Below are positions 1 to 9,715 of a stretch of DNA of 46,602 nt, piece by piece. Position 1 is the stretch's first letter; every line of letters begins with the position of its first letter. The notes under the pieces are model-generated. The model saw only the letters and a program-made list of their open reading frames with translations. It was not told where the DNA came from and ran no database searches. The DNA is from Minisyncoccota bacterium (GTDB lineage Bacteria > Patescibacteriota > Minisyncoccia > Phycocordibacterales > JACOZG01), in NCBI GenBank assembly GCA_020057185.1, contig JAGVGK010000027.1:1-46602 (forward strand), written 5' to 3'. The position numbers and the translations under genes were made by a program.

Positions 1-182
1 AAATCGCTCCGTTACCGGAGCGCTAATGAAGTGGCGAGAGAGTGTGGTATATTGAAATGATTAGTAATCGGGAAATTGCATTTCAGCCCAGAATTTACAT
101 CCTTATTTGATTTTTAATGTACCATACACGACTCACTATGAGCGTGATTCTATTCATAAAGATAACATAAGATGTAATTTAA

Positions 183-318
183 ATCAACATCACCGGTACG
201 GGTCTCGGACTCTATGTGGCGAAGCAGATCGTGGATGGACATCAGGGAAAAATTTGGGCGGAGAGCGATGGGGTAGGGCAGGGGTCGGTTCATTGTGGAG
301 TTGGAGACGAAAAAATAA
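183..318 (+). pseudogene. Orphan 3' fragment of a sensor histidine kinase (HATPase_c G2 box to C-terminus), frameshifted
   Basis: Manual translation INITGTGLGLYVAKQIVDGHQGKIWAESDGVGQGS, shift at ~288, then FIVELETKK*; an in-frame TAA lies directly upstream and there is no start codon. Confidence 0.8.
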
Positions 319-345
319 AACCCCGTTCGTGGTGGCGAACGGGGG
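310..345 (-). terminator. Intrinsic terminator of 365..742
   Basis: CCCCGTTCG/CGAACGGGG stem followed by a T-rich tract on the minus strand. Confidence 0.75.
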
Positions 346-364
346 TGAGAGTGTTTTGAGAGAG

Positions 365-742
365 TCACCAATTGTTCCAGTAAACAAGATCTACGGTGGC
401 AATTCCGCATTCATTGCAGTCGGCTATGTGACAAGTTGGTTCAACGCAGGATTGATCACAGGAATCTGTTATGGCTGACAGAGCTTCTAAGTCGCCAGCA
501 CCCAAGTCTCGCGCTTCTCGCGTTACGCGGATTAACAAGTCAATACTGTAATCATCGGCGTATGGCAACCGCCCACAAATCTCGTAAACATTGTCAATTT
601 TACTTTGATTGGAATTGCTCGATTGCCCAACTCCCGAACTGCAACCAGAAGTGAAAAGACCGACGCCACAAATGATCAAGGTAATGATCAGGGCGACTTT
701 TGAAAACCAACCACTCTCTGTCGTTCTGGCATTTTGTGTCAC
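365..742 (-). CDS. Orphan putative lipoprotein with Cys-rich C-terminus
   Basis: Hydrophobic signal ending in lipobox-like LFTSG-C, Ser-rich linker, CDQSC..C..CNEC; GGAGG SD 7 nt before GTG; own terminator. Confidence 0.7.
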   Translation of the reverse strand: MTQNARTTESGWFSKVALIITLIICGVGLFTSGCSSGVGQSSNSNQSKIDNVYEICGRLPYADDYSIDLLIRVTREARDLGAGDLEALSAITDSCDQSCVEPTCHIADCNECGIATVDLVYWNNW

Positions 743-844
743 TAGTTATCCTCCAAATTTTTGAAGACCATCTGATCAATCACACTGATTGATCTCTCTA
801 ACTTCAGACTATCATATTTTGTTTTGTTTGTATAATATAGTGAA

Positions 845-1714
845 ATGGTAAAAATTCTTGATGGGCGAGTGGTGCAAGCGGGGATTAAAAAGAAGCTAAT
901 CGCAACTTGCAGTGGGCTAGTGCGTAAACCACATCTGGTGATTATCCAAGTCGGTAAACGGCCGGAATCGACGCTTTATATTGAACGGAAAAAGAAATTC
1001 GGTGAGCAGATCGGAGTGAAGATTACCCACGCGCACTATCCTCAAGCGATTAGCGAAGTGAAGTTAATTTCTGAAATAATTAATTTCAATAATGATGGAG
1101 CGGTGCACGGCATCATTGTCCAGATCCCATTACCGAAACAATTAAACACTACGCGAATTCTCAATACGATTAGCGCGGTGAAAGATGTAGATGGTTTATC
1201 GGCGGTCAATCTCCAACGGGCTTGGCAGAATGATCAAGGCGGTTTCCGACCGGCGACGGCGTGCGGGGTGTTGATCTTGCTTGAGCATTATAAGATTCCG
1301 CTTCGCGGACGAACGGTCGTGATCATCGGTCGCTCGGCCCTAGTTGGCAAACATCTGGCGCTAGCTTGTCTCAACGCCGGTGCGACCGTCACGATTTGTC
1401 ATCGCGAGACGAAAAATTTGTCCGCTATTACTAAACAGAGTGACATTTTAATTGTCTCGGCGGGTTCGCCCGGACTAATTACCAAAAAATATGTTCGAGC
1501 CGGTCAAGTGGTGGTTGATGTGGGAATTAATGTTTTGCCCGGTCAAAAATTATTAGAAGAAGTGGGGAAAAGGAAAATTGTGGGTGATGTCGCTTATGAC
1601 GAAGTGGCGTCGATCGTCCGAGCGATTTCGCCAGTCCCGGGTGGCGTGGGGCCCCTAACCATCGCTTGCCTGTTTGAAAATTTAGTGGAAGCCTACAAAT
1701 TTCACTCGAGATAA
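845..1714 (+). CDS. folD: Bifunctional methylenetetrahydrofolate dehydrogenase/cyclohydrolase
   Basis: KDVDG, PATACG, GRSALVG, SPVPGGVGPLT motifs. Confidence 0.97.
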   Translation: MVKILDGRVVQAGIKKKLIATCSGLVRKPHLVIIQVGKRPESTLYIERKKKFGEQIGVKITHAHYPQAISEVKLISEIINFNNDGAVHGIIVQIPLPKQLNTTRILNTISAVKDVDGLSAVNLQRAWQNDQGGFRPATACGVLILLEHYKIPLRGRTVVIIGRSALVGKHLALACLNAGATVTICHRETKNLSAITKQSDILIVSAGSPGLITKKYVRAGQVVVDVGINVLPGQKLLEEVGKRKIVGDVAYDEVASIVRAISPVPGGVGPLTIACLFENLVEAYKFHSR

Positions 1715-1761
1715 AGAAAAGGGCCCAGCGCAAGAATTGCGCTGGGCCCGAATTAATTTAA
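1714..1761. terminator. Terminator between convergent folD and the PEP-CTERM gene
   Basis: GGGCCCAGCGCAA/TTGCGCTGGGCCC perfect 13-bp stem, with T-tract on the minus strand. Confidence 0.85.
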
Positions 1762-1776
1762 CTTAACTGCTTTTTG

Positions 1777-2544
1777 TCACGCGATCCGTCGTCGTCCGAA
1801 GTATGTGGCGACTCCGCCGATCCCGAGTAGTGTGAGTGACACTGGTTCGGGGACAATTACACCCGAAATCCCCATGTTCCCGCTCCAGTCGGAGAGGGTG
1901 AACCAATCCGGCTTCGGTCCTCCTTCGCCCGACCAGAAATTCTGACTGAAATCGGACCAACTGTTGGTAATTTGCGCGTTCTGGCCGGTCAGATTGAAGC
2001 TCGAGTAAATGTTGGTCCAAAGTTCCGGTCCGTCGTCCGGATTTTCTGGATTCGAATTGATGTAGTAATTCGTGTTGCCGTTGTACCAAATTGAGAAGTT
2101 GGGTGTTCCCTGGACGTATTCCCCGTTTTGATCCAAAACGAGAGAGTACTCATAGGTTGAAGCCTGGCCGTTGACTGACGGTCCTTGATTGCCTGTAGGG
2201 AAATCATTGGGGCCATGAGCGAAGCTTCCGCTCATATTGATGTTGGCCGAGAATCTCGCGACAATGTTGTCGTCGGGGTTCCCGTCTGGATAGATTTGAG
2301 CACTCCCGCTCATTTCATCGACAATCAACCCGGCTCCGTTGATCGACGCCCAACCACTGGTATCTCGATGCCCGCTTTGGGCGGAGACGTCGGGAAAGAA
2401 ACTTCTACCCCCGCCTCCACCACCAGGTCCGGGATCAGTGGGGATAACCACCGGTCCGGCCAGACTTTGCTCTAGCCCTATTCCCCATCCGGAAAGCACC
2501 ATCGCTACTGCGAGAATTACCGATCCAATCTTCCACTGCTTCAT
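1777..2544 (-). CDS. Secreted PEP-CTERM sorting-domain protein
   Basis: N-terminal signal peptide; C-terminal VPEPVSLTLLGIGGVATYFGRRRIA (PEP + TM + Arg cluster); AAAGGAG SD; TTGACA-17-TAGCAT promoter at 2612-2640. Confidence 0.88.
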   Translation of the reverse strand: MKQWKIGSVILAVAMVLSGWGIGLEQSLAGPVVIPTDPGPGGGGGGRSFFPDVSAQSGHRDTSGWASINGAGLIVDEMSGSAQIYPDGNPDDNIVARFSANINMSGSFAHGPNDFPTGNQGPSVNGQASTYEYSLVLDQNGEYVQGTPNFSIWYNGNTNYYINSNPENPDDGPELWTNIYSSFNLTGQNAQITNSWSDFSQNFWSGEGGPKPDWFTLSDWSGNMGISGVIVPEPVSLTLLGIGGVATYFGRRRIA

Positions 2545-2684
2545 GTCTGCTATCTCCTTTGTCGAAGACCAATAAAACGGCTAAACCACACGATTTATAA
2601 CCGTTTCCTATATGCTAGCAAATCTAGTTAAACTTGTCAACCCCGTTAGAGGCAGAGGGTCGCTAGGAATATGATATGATAATA

Positions 2685-3659
2685 ATGATGTCACAAGAAC
2701 AAAAAATTATTCTCTCTGGTGTGAAGCCAACCGGTCGACCGCATATCGGCAATTATTTCGGTGCGATGAAGCAATTCGTGGATTTGCAAACCGAATATCG
2801 CTCTTTCATTATGATTGCCGATCTTCATGCGTTGACGAGTGTCACGGAGGCAGAAATTCTTCGGCGCGAGACACTGGATGTGGCGATTGATTATCTCGCG
2901 ATTGGGCTTGACCCCGAGCGAGTTACTATTTTTCGACAATCCGATGTGCCGGCGCACACCGAACTTGCATGGATTTTTAATTGCCTCACGACAATGCCGT
3001 ATCTCGCGCGAGCGCACGCTTTCAAAGATGCCGAAGCGAAAAATCGCGAAGTGAATGTCGGCGTTTTCACTTACCCAATCTTGATGGCGGCGGATATCTT
3101 GCTCTATGATCCGGATTTGGTGCCGGTTGGTCAAGATCAGAAACAGCATGTTGAGATTGCGCGCGACACCGCCGAGAAATTCAACCGCCTTTTTGGTGAA
3201 GTTTTTAAATTACCCGAGGCCTTGATTCTTGACCAAGTGAAAACGCTGATTGGCCTCGATGGCCAGAAGATGTCGAAGAGTTATCGCAACACCATTCCAC
3301 TTTTTGCTGATGAACGCGAATTGAAACAACTAATTATGAGTATTAAAACTGATTCGAAGAGCGAGACTGAAGCGAAGAATCCGGAAGAGTGCAATGTTTT
3401 CGCTTTGCATAAACTTTTCTCCGGCGCGATTATACCCGAGGTCAAACGCCGTTATGTCGAAGGCGCGATCGGTTATCGCGAGTCGAAAGAAATTCTTTTC
3501 GAACAGATGAACCACTATCTTGAACCCTTGCGAGCGAAGCGAGTGGAGATTGCGAGTCGACCAGATGAGGTGCGCGCGATTCTCGCGCAAGGCGCGGGCG
3601 ACGCCCGCGCCGTCGCCGAAGCGAAATTGGCAAAAATCCGCGAAGCGGTTGGCTTATAA
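2685..3659 (+). CDS. trpS: Tryptophan--tRNA ligase
   Basis: PTGRPHIGN, VPVGQDQ, KMSKS; start may be 2676, 2685 or 2688. Confidence 0.97.
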   Translation: MMSQEQKIILSGVKPTGRPHIGNYFGAMKQFVDLQTEYRSFIMIADLHALTSVTEAEILRRETLDVAIDYLAIGLDPERVTIFRQSDVPAHTELAWIFNCLTTMPYLARAHAFKDAEAKNREVNVGVFTYPILMAADILLYDPDLVPVGQDQKQHVEIARDTAEKFNRLFGEVFKLPEALILDQVKTLIGLDGQKMSKSYRNTIPLFADERELKQLIMSIKTDSKSETEAKNPEECNVFALHKLFSGAIIPEVKRRYVEGAIGYRESKEILFEQMNHYLEPLRAKRVEIASRPDEVRAILAQGAGDARAVAEAKLAKIREAVGL

Positions 3660-3661
3660 TT

Positions 3662-5497
3662 ATGTCAAAAAATGAACAAATAACGGTAAATATTGTTCGC
3701 AAGAAATTAGAAGTGATCGGAATCACGACCGATAATGATTTTTTAGTTGATGAACAAGTAATTCAAAATGCCCTTATCAAAAAATTATTACCAAGTAAAA
3801 CCGAGATTGGAAGTGGCAAAGGTCGGCCAGAGTTTTTAATTTCCAAAATCGGAGACAAAGATTTTTTAATCGTTATTGAGTGTAAAGCTGATATAAAATA
3901 TCACAAGTCGCCAAACAAAGATCAACCGGCAATCTTTGCCGTAGATGGAGTTCTTCTTTATGCTTCAAAATTATCACGAGAATTTAATGTGATTGCGGTA
4001 GCGGTAAGTGGACAAACAAAAGAGGAATTAAAAATTACCACCTTCCTTTTTCCAAAAGGTTCTGGTACGCACTCAATTCTTACTGACACAAAAAAAATTC
4101 CAGTGTCTGATATTATTTCTTGGCAAGATTATATCCGCTATGCCACCTATGATGAAAATCTTGTAAACACTAGAAAAAAGGATTTAAACAGATTTTCTCG
4201 TGACTTGCATAATTATCTCCGGGATTATGCAAAAATTACTGTGGCACAAATGCCTTTACTTGTAAGCGGAATTCTCATTGCTCTAATGGAAAAGGGATTT
4301 AAGGTTGCCTATTCCAAATACATTGGGCCGGAACTTGCCCAAAAAACATTTCAAGCAATTAAAGATCAAATTAACAAGACAACGCTTGGAATAAACCAGA
4401 ACGAGAAAAAACGAGCGATTATAAACGCTTTCAGTTTTATTGAATATCATCCCGAACTGCAAAAAATCGATAAAAAGAAAAACGAATCACCTCTAGAACA
4501 TATCGTTCGCGAGATAGACTCGGAAATGAAACCTTTTACACACGACCGCTTTGATTTTGATGTAATTGGTAACTTTTACGGCGAGTTTATTCGTTATACG
4601 GGCGGAGATGCGCAAGGTCTCGGTATCGTTTTAACCCCAAAACATATTACGGAATTGTTTGTTGATTTGGCAAAACTAGACAAAAACGACAAGGTTTTAG
4701 ATACTTGCTGTGGTACCGGTGGATTTTTAATTTCTGCGATGAAAAAAATGACAGAAGGATTAAGTGAAGGTGAAAGAAAGAAAATCTTGGAGAAATCTCT
4801 CATCGGGATTGAACAAGAACCATCAATGTTTGCTCTTGCTGTTTCAAATATGATTTTGTGGGGCGACGGCAAAACTAACCTTTATCAAGGATCATGTTTT
4901 GATGAAGATATTTTCAAACAAGTAAAAAATCAAGCCAGTGTTGGTTTTATCAATCCACCGTTTTCGCAGAAAGGTGAAAATTTACACGAATGGAATTTCG
5001 TCATTACAATGCTTGACGCACTCCAGAAAAATGCGACCGGTATTGTGATTGTGCCTATGTCTTTGGCTATTGCCAAACACCCGTTCCGCGAGCGATTGCT
5101 TAAAGAGCACCGTCTTGAAGCGGTCATGAGTATGCCAAATGACCTTTTTTATCCCGTTGGCGTCGTTACGTGCACTATGGTATTTACTGCGCATGTTCCG
5201 CATGATAGCGACCCGCACCATGAAAGCTGGTTTGGCTATTGGAAAGATGACGGATTTCGAAAAGATAAGCGGGAGGGAAGAATTCCAACGGAGAGGTGGT
5301 CGGGAATTCGCAAAGAATGGCTTGATATGTTTCGTCGTAAAGAAATTGCTGAAAAAAGTGTTTGGAAGAAAGTAGAAGTGAATGATGAGTGGTGCGCTGA
5401 GGCGTATCTTGAAACTGATTATTCGGATATCTCAGAAAAAAATTTTGAGAACGAATTAAAGAGATATGCTTATTTTAAGTTGTTTAAAGATTTATGA
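3662..5497 (+). CDS. Fused endonuclease/N6-adenine methyltransferase, BcgI-alpha-like (type IIB R-M)
   Basis: N-terminal PE..ECK nuclease motif, GIVLTPKHIT, motif I DTCCGTGGF, motif IV NPPF; AT-rich. Confidence 0.88.
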   Translation: MSKNEQITVNIVRKKLEVIGITTDNDFLVDEQVIQNALIKKLLPSKTEIGSGKGRPEFLISKIGDKDFLIVIECKADIKYHKSPNKDQPAIFAVDGVLLYASKLSREFNVIAVAVSGQTKEELKITTFLFPKGSGTHSILTDTKKIPVSDIISWQDYIRYATYDENLVNTRKKDLNRFSRDLHNYLRDYAKITVAQMPLLVSGILIALMEKGFKVAYSKYIGPELAQKTFQAIKDQINKTTLGINQNEKKRAIINAFSFIEYHPELQKIDKKKNESPLEHIVREIDSEMKPFTHDRFDFDVIGNFYGEFIRYTGGDAQGLGIVLTPKHITELFVDLAKLDKNDKVLDTCCGTGGFLISAMKKMTEGLSEGERKKILEKSLIGIEQEPSMFALAVSNMILWGDGKTNLYQGSCFDEDIFKQVKNQASVGFINPPFSQKGENLHEWNFVITMLDALQKNATGIVIVPMSLAIAKHPFRERLLKEHRLEAVMSMPNDLFYPVGVVTCTMVFTAHVPHDSDPHHESWFGYWKDDGFRKDKREGRIPTERWSGIRKEWLDMFRRKEIAEKSVWKKVEVNDEWCAEAYLETDYSDISEKNFENELKRYAYFKLFKDL

Positions 5498-6429
5498 TCG
5501 TAAGTGACTTTTTTAAAGTTGAATACGGGCAAAGAATTTATCACTCAAAAAGTTTTTTGGATGATAAATTTGGAAAGACCCCGCTTATCTCTTCTGGAAA
5601 AAGTGACCATGGTTTTTATGGCATCTTTGGTATAGAACCTCTCTACAGCAATGTAATTTCAGTGGCGAACACTGGTTCAGTTGGTTGGGCATTCTATCAT
5701 AATTATGATTGTTGCATTGATGACAACTGTCTTGTATTGATCCCAAAAACAAGAATGTCTGACCAACAGATGGTTTATTTTGCAATGTTGTTAAGTAAAG
5801 ATAAATACAGATATATGTATGGACGACAAGTTACTCCTATACGAATAGAAAATATTAAATTACCGGATATTCCAAATTTTGTTATTAAAAAAGAATTTCC
5901 AAACATAAATGAAGTAAAAAAGCCAGTATCTAATAAAAAAGTTTTTTTGTCCGACCGAAAATGGAAATGGTTCCATTGCGGAAATTTATTTGACATTGAA
6001 TACGGACAAAGAGAGTACACATCAAAAGATATTTTAGATTTGCCAAATGGCAGCGTACCGCTGATAAGCTCGACGGGTGAAAATAATGGCGTGTATGGTT
6101 TTTATAGCATTCAACCAAAATATTCCCATGTTTTGAGCATCGCTCGAACTGGTTCAGTTGGCGCAACTTTCTATCATGATTATGATTGCTGTATCAGTGA
6201 CGATTGCATGGTCTTGCATCCAATTAAAGAAAATCTCGATATTTTTAATGGTTTATTTCTCTCTTTTATTTTAGGTCAAGATAAATACCGTTATAGTTAT
6301 GCACGAAAAGTGACCCCAACCCGATTGCGAGAATCAAAAATCAAACTTCCGGTTGATAAAAATGGAGATCCCGATTGGCAATTTATGAAGGATTATATAA
6401 AGTCGTTGCCGTATTCAGCGAGTTTGTAA
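5494..6429 (+). CDS. R-M specificity subunit with two TRDs (BcgI-beta/HsdS-like)
   Basis: Two homologous halves (PLISS..NG.YG..TGSVG..FYH.YDCCI.D.C), C-terminal KLP..G.PDWQFM..YI; ATGA overlap with the upstream gene. Confidence 0.85.
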   Translation: MIVSDFFKVEYGQRIYHSKSFLDDKFGKTPLISSGKSDHGFYGIFGIEPLYSNVISVANTGSVGWAFYHNYDCCIDDNCLVLIPKTRMSDQQMVYFAMLLSKDKYRYMYGRQVTPIRIENIKLPDIPNFVIKKEFPNINEVKKPVSNKKVFLSDRKWKWFHCGNLFDIEYGQREYTSKDILDLPNGSVPLISSTGENNGVYGFYSIQPKYSHVLSIARTGSVGATFYHDYDCCISDDCMVLHPIKENLDIFNGLFLSFILGQDKYRYSYARKVTPTRLRESKIKLPVDKNGDPDWQFMKDYIKSLPYSASL

Positions 6430-6435
6430 TAAATT

Positions 6436-7014
6436 ATGACCCGATCGCAAAAAATTATTTTATTTACCGCCCTGGCGCTGATCATTATTCTTTATGCCCT
6501 GATGAATAGTTTGAGGCAAAATGAAAAATTGCCGACGGTTAAAAATCGAAAAGATTTTTCACCTAAAACTGAGGTTGAAATTACTAATCCAATCGCGGTT
6601 ATCCCTAAGCGTGATGGGTTTATAGATACTCAAAATTGGCCAGTTTATCGGGGTGAAGATCTAGGTTTTGAAATACGATATCCAACCGGGTGGGGGATCA
6701 AGCGACTATATTCAGTATACGCTAAAGATGAGATAGTTTTTCTCATTTTTTCTCCAGTACCGTATGATTTTTCTGCTGGCATAAGTATTTTAAACACCCC
6801 ATTTGAAAAAGTTGTTGAGTCAGAGAGTAGTAAAAATCTAATTTCAACTGAAAAGATTAACATCGGGGAGTTAGGTTCTGTTTTACAAATAACCAGAGCC
6901 AATTCTTATGACGAGGATGTTTCTTTTGTTTTTCAACACGGAAATTATACTTATGTAATGCGCTCATCATCGGATTTGGGACGAGCCATGCTTGCCACGC
7001 TTACTTTTATTTAG
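6436..7014 (+). CDS. Membrane-anchored hypothetical protein (PsbP-like motif)
   Basis: N-terminal TM; W..Y....GFEIRYP..W motif. Confidence 0.65.
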   Translation: MTRSQKIILFTALALIIILYALMNSLRQNEKLPTVKNRKDFSPKTEVEITNPIAVIPKRDGFIDTQNWPVYRGEDLGFEIRYPTGWGIKRLYSVYAKDEIVFLIFSPVPYDFSAGISILNTPFEKVVESESSKNLISTEKINIGELGSVLQITRANSYDEDVSFVFQHGNYTYVMRSSSDLGRAMLATLTFI

Positions 7015-7095
7015 TAACATTATAACCAGAATGCACAGTGTTGTGCATCGAATGGGCAATTTCGCCCGATTAGTTCTTTAAAAAAGGAATGAGAA

Positions 7096-8223
7096 ATGCG
7101 AATTTTCCGTTATGTGTTTGTGGTGTCTCTGGCGAGTGTCGGGAACTATGTTTTAGCTCAACCGGTTGCCACGGATTTCAGCCTTCCTGTTCGACCAGCG
7201 TCTGGTTACTACGATGCTGGCCCTTTCTTATCTGTCTATCAGGGCAAATATCACATGGGTGAAGACTGGAACGGCAATGAGAAAGGCAGTAGTGATTACG
7301 GCGATCCGGTTTATCCCATAGCGGTGGGGAAAGTGGTGAAAATTTCTAATATCACCAAAAAGGATTCAGTGGGCAAGTTCGTGGTGGTCAAACATTTATT
7401 GCCAAATGGTGAGCCGATATTCTCGTATTATTTCCACCTTAGCGAAATTTCGGTGGCTCTGAACCAAATTGTTTATCCTAACCAGCCACTTGGCAAAATT
7501 GGCGACGCCAACGGTTATTACAAAGGCTCGGCGCATCTTCACTTCGAGCTTCGGCGGGTGAATCAGACGCTAAGTTCGAGTTACGCTCCGACTTTACTCA
7601 TCGCGACCGAGCAGAAATATCTTGATCCGTCGCTTTTCCTTGATGACCGAGCGAACAAGGTGACCATGAATCTCACTGCGAATACTTGGTTCAGATCTAA
7701 GAATAAAGGAATCGAGATTTCCGATTATACTCCCGCGGCGTTGGCTTATGTGACTTGTCATGGCAGTACCCGGTCGCTTGGCTCGGCGGTTGAAGCGGGA
7801 TGGATTGATCCGTCAATCTGGACTGACAAAAGTTCATTAGACGGGGATTGGGAAGACAGTCTTGTTTTTGGTCCGGAGATCGACTTCAGGATCAAAGCCT
7901 TTCAGGATTGCATTTTGACCATCGTCATTCCTGGAAATAATTTCCAGGCCGAACGGGCGCGCGATGATATGATCAAAGTGGCTAATCGGGCCGGCTTCAC
8001 GCGGGTGAAGTTAGGGACACTGACTAATCTTGGAAACGATGGGACAGGATTTTATTATCTCCGATCGCTTTGTTTCGACAATGGAGCGAATACTGGTGTC
8101 GGTTGTCTGGTCCAAGCGACGGCTTACGATGGCCCACTTCTGCGTTATGTCATTTGGTATGAACCGGCGACCAATACGGGAATTGGCGATTGGAGCGAAC
8201 TAGATCCGAACGATATTGATTAA
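7096..8223 (+). CDS. Secreted M23 family metallopeptidase with unknown C-terminal domain
   Basis: Signal peptide, HMGED, YFHL, HLHFE; AAAGGA SD; terminator at 8256-8297. Confidence 0.85.
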   Translation: MRIFRYVFVVSLASVGNYVLAQPVATDFSLPVRPASGYYDAGPFLSVYQGKYHMGEDWNGNEKGSSDYGDPVYPIAVGKVVKISNITKKDSVGKFVVVKHLLPNGEPIFSYYFHLSEISVALNQIVYPNQPLGKIGDANGYYKGSAHLHFELRRVNQTLSSSYAPTLLIATEQKYLDPSLFLDDRANKVTMNLTANTWFRSKNKGIEISDYTPAALAYVTCHGSTRSLGSAVEAGWIDPSIWTDKSSLDGDWEDSLVFGPEIDFRIKAFQDCILTIVIPGNNFQAERARDDMIKVANRAGFTRVKLGTLTNLGNDGTGFYYLRSLCFDNGANTGVGCLVQATAYDGPLLRYVIWYEPATNTGIGDWSELDPNDID

Positions 8224-8255
8224 CTGAAACAGCGATTTCTCATTCACTTCCTTTG

Positions 8256-8297
8256 AGCCCTCTGTTCGCCGTGGCGAATGGAGGGTTTTTATTTTTT
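8256..8297 (+). terminator. Intrinsic terminator
   Basis: CCCTCTGTTCGCC/GGCGAATGGAGGG followed by TTTTTATTTTTT. Confidence 0.8.
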
Positions 8298-8316
8298 GTG
8301 TTAAACTCTAACCACT

Positions 8317-9714
8317 ATGGTAACGGAACGAACAATGATTGAAGCGCTCGCGAAGCAAGTAGGGGAGGAGGTTAAGGCGTGTGGTTGGGTCACCGTCCGG
8401 CGCGATCATGGCAAATTAATTTTTCTTGATCTGCGCGATGCGAGCGGAACGGTGCAAGCTGTGGTTTTGCCGAGTCAACCGGACGCTTACGCGATCGCCA
8501 ACACCTTGCGTCCCGAATGGGTGGTGGAAGTGTTTGGTGTGGTTAATAAACGACCGGAGAAAATGATCAACAAGGATGTTTTGAACGGCGACATTGAATT
8601 AGCAGTCAGTTTAATTAAAGTTTTAAATCCCGCCGAGACTCCGCCTTTCGATCTCACGAGTGACGGGCGGGAGATCGGTGAGGAAAGTCGTTTGAAATAT
8701 CGTTATCTCGATTTGCGCCGACCCCGGTTGGCGAGGAATTTGCGTTTGCGTCATCAGATTATAAAATTTATTCGCGATTATCTCGCCGAACAAAGTTTTA
8801 TCGAAGTGGAAACGCCGATTCTGACCAAGGCGACGCCGGAGGGTGCGCGCGATTATTTGGTGCCAGCCCGACTTTATCCGGGACAATTTTACGCCTTACC
8901 ACAATCACCGCAACAATATAAACAACTACTGATGGTTGCTGGTGTCGAAAAATATTTCCAAATCGCGCGCTGTTTCCGCGATGAAGATACGCGGGGTGAT
9001 CGGCAACCGGAATTTACTCAACTCGATCTCGAGATGGCTTTTGTTGGTCAAGAAGCGGTGATGAATTTAAACGAGCAACTCTTGATTGAATTGGTGCACA
9101 CGTTGGCGCCAGAAAAGAAAATTTTGCAAACTCCTTTCCCGCGTCTCACTTATGCCGAAGCGATGAGTAAGTATAAAACTGATCGACCTGATTTGCGTGA
9201 AAATAAAGAAGATGGAAATGAATTAGCTTTTGCGTGGGTGATAGACTTCCCGTTTTTTGAAAAAATTGAAGGTGGCAAATACACCTTTACTCATAACCCA
9301 TTTTCGGCACCTAAATCCGAGCACCATGACTGGCTGATGAAGGGCGAACGAATCGACGAAATTCTGACTAATCAGTATGACATTACCTTGAATGGTTTGG
9401 AGATCGGCGGGGGCAGTATTCGTAATCATCAACCCGAAGCGTTGAAGGCGGTGTTTAAAATCTTAGGTCATTCCGACACCGACATTGAAGCGAATTTTAG
9501 CCACATGCTCCGTGCGCTGGCTTCCGGCGCCCCGCCACACGGCGGGATCGCCTGGGGACTCGATCGGCTAATTAGTATTTTGGCTGGCGAACCCAACATC
9601 CGCGAAGTGATTGCTTTTCCCAAAACCGGCGAAGGTCGCGATCTAATGATGAACGCCCCCGCAGAAATTAGTCCCGAACAGTTAAAGGAGTTAAAACTCA
9701 AAATCGTTTCTTGA
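8317..9714 (+). CDS. aspS: Aspartate--tRNA ligase (short, GAD domain absent; probably non-discriminating)
   Basis: RRDHGKLIFLDLRD, LPQSPQ, FRDED, QPEFTQLD, PPHGGIAWGLDR. Confidence 0.95.
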   Translation: MVTERTMIEALAKQVGEEVKACGWVTVRRDHGKLIFLDLRDASGTVQAVVLPSQPDAYAIANTLRPEWVVEVFGVVNKRPEKMINKDVLNGDIELAVSLIKVLNPAETPPFDLTSDGREIGEESRLKYRYLDLRRPRLARNLRLRHQIIKFIRDYLAEQSFIEVETPILTKATPEGARDYLVPARLYPGQFYALPQSPQQYKQLLMVAGVEKYFQIARCFRDEDTRGDRQPEFTQLDLEMAFVGQEAVMNLNEQLLIELVHTLAPEKKILQTPFPRLTYAEAMSKYKTDRPDLRENKEDGNELAFAWVIDFPFFEKIEGGKYTFTHNPFSAPKSEHHDWLMKGERIDEILTNQYDITLNGLEIGGGSIRNHQPEALKAVFKILGHSDTDIEANFSHMLRALASGAPPHGGIAWGLDRLISILAGEPNIREVIAFPKTGEGRDLMMNAPAEISPEQLKELKLKIVS

Positions 9715-9715
9715 A

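Noticed and set aside
107..654. ORFs 107..478, 150..410, 190..387 and 436..654
   Set aside because: Shadow frames across the kinase remnant, terminator and lipoprotein gene
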